NCBI GenBank assembly: GCA_951406725.2 | Contig: OX597819.1 | Span: 77,872,001-77,936,000 of the forward strand | DNA: 64,000 nucleotides | DNA from: Octopus vulgaris | Taxonomy: Eukaryota | Reading direction: 5' to 3' | Shown here: piece by piece, positions 63,997 through 64,000 of the stretch | Numbering within the stretch: position 1 is the stretch's first letter | Layout: each line of letters opens with the position of its first letter | Program-made: the position numbers and the translations under genes | Notes under the pieces: generated by a model | Told to the model about the DNA's origin: nothing | What the model saw: only the letters and a program-made list of their open reading frames with translations | Databases searched by the model: none

Positions 63997-64000
63997 TTTA

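Overview
Eukaryotic, extremely repeat-rich DNA with no supportable host protein-coding exon. The SINE families, Dong/R4 remnants and microsatellite load are most consistent with an octopus or other coleoid cephalopod; this is inferred, not database-checked. The only long real ORF is a near-intact CR1-group LINE on the minus strand (~24691-29470). It encodes a Myb/SANT-like domain, a CCCH-like finger, an APE endonuclease and a reverse transcriptase in one frame. The ORF1-ORF2 fusion appears to come from one extra T in a U-UUU-UUG slippery site, and a second 1-nt homopolymer indel shifts the C-terminus. The LINE 3' end aligns without gaps to the tail of one local tRNA-SINE family, with a compensatory stem-loop change. 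The window also holds three tRNA-derived SINE families (one with three alternative tails), several microsatellite-embedded Dong/R4 3' ends, decayed DD37D, mariner, pogo/Tigger and hAT-like DNA transposons, a 40-bp degenerate minisatellite and a codon-periodic ~72-bp repeat. The most striking hidden pattern is about a dozen hammerhead-ribozyme-like cores (CUGANGA...GAAAC..UH), nearly all on the minus strand. Several sit inside or at the breakpoints of long inverted repeats, as in Penelope-like pseudo-LTRs. Nearly all ORFs in the supplied track are microsatellite artefacts.
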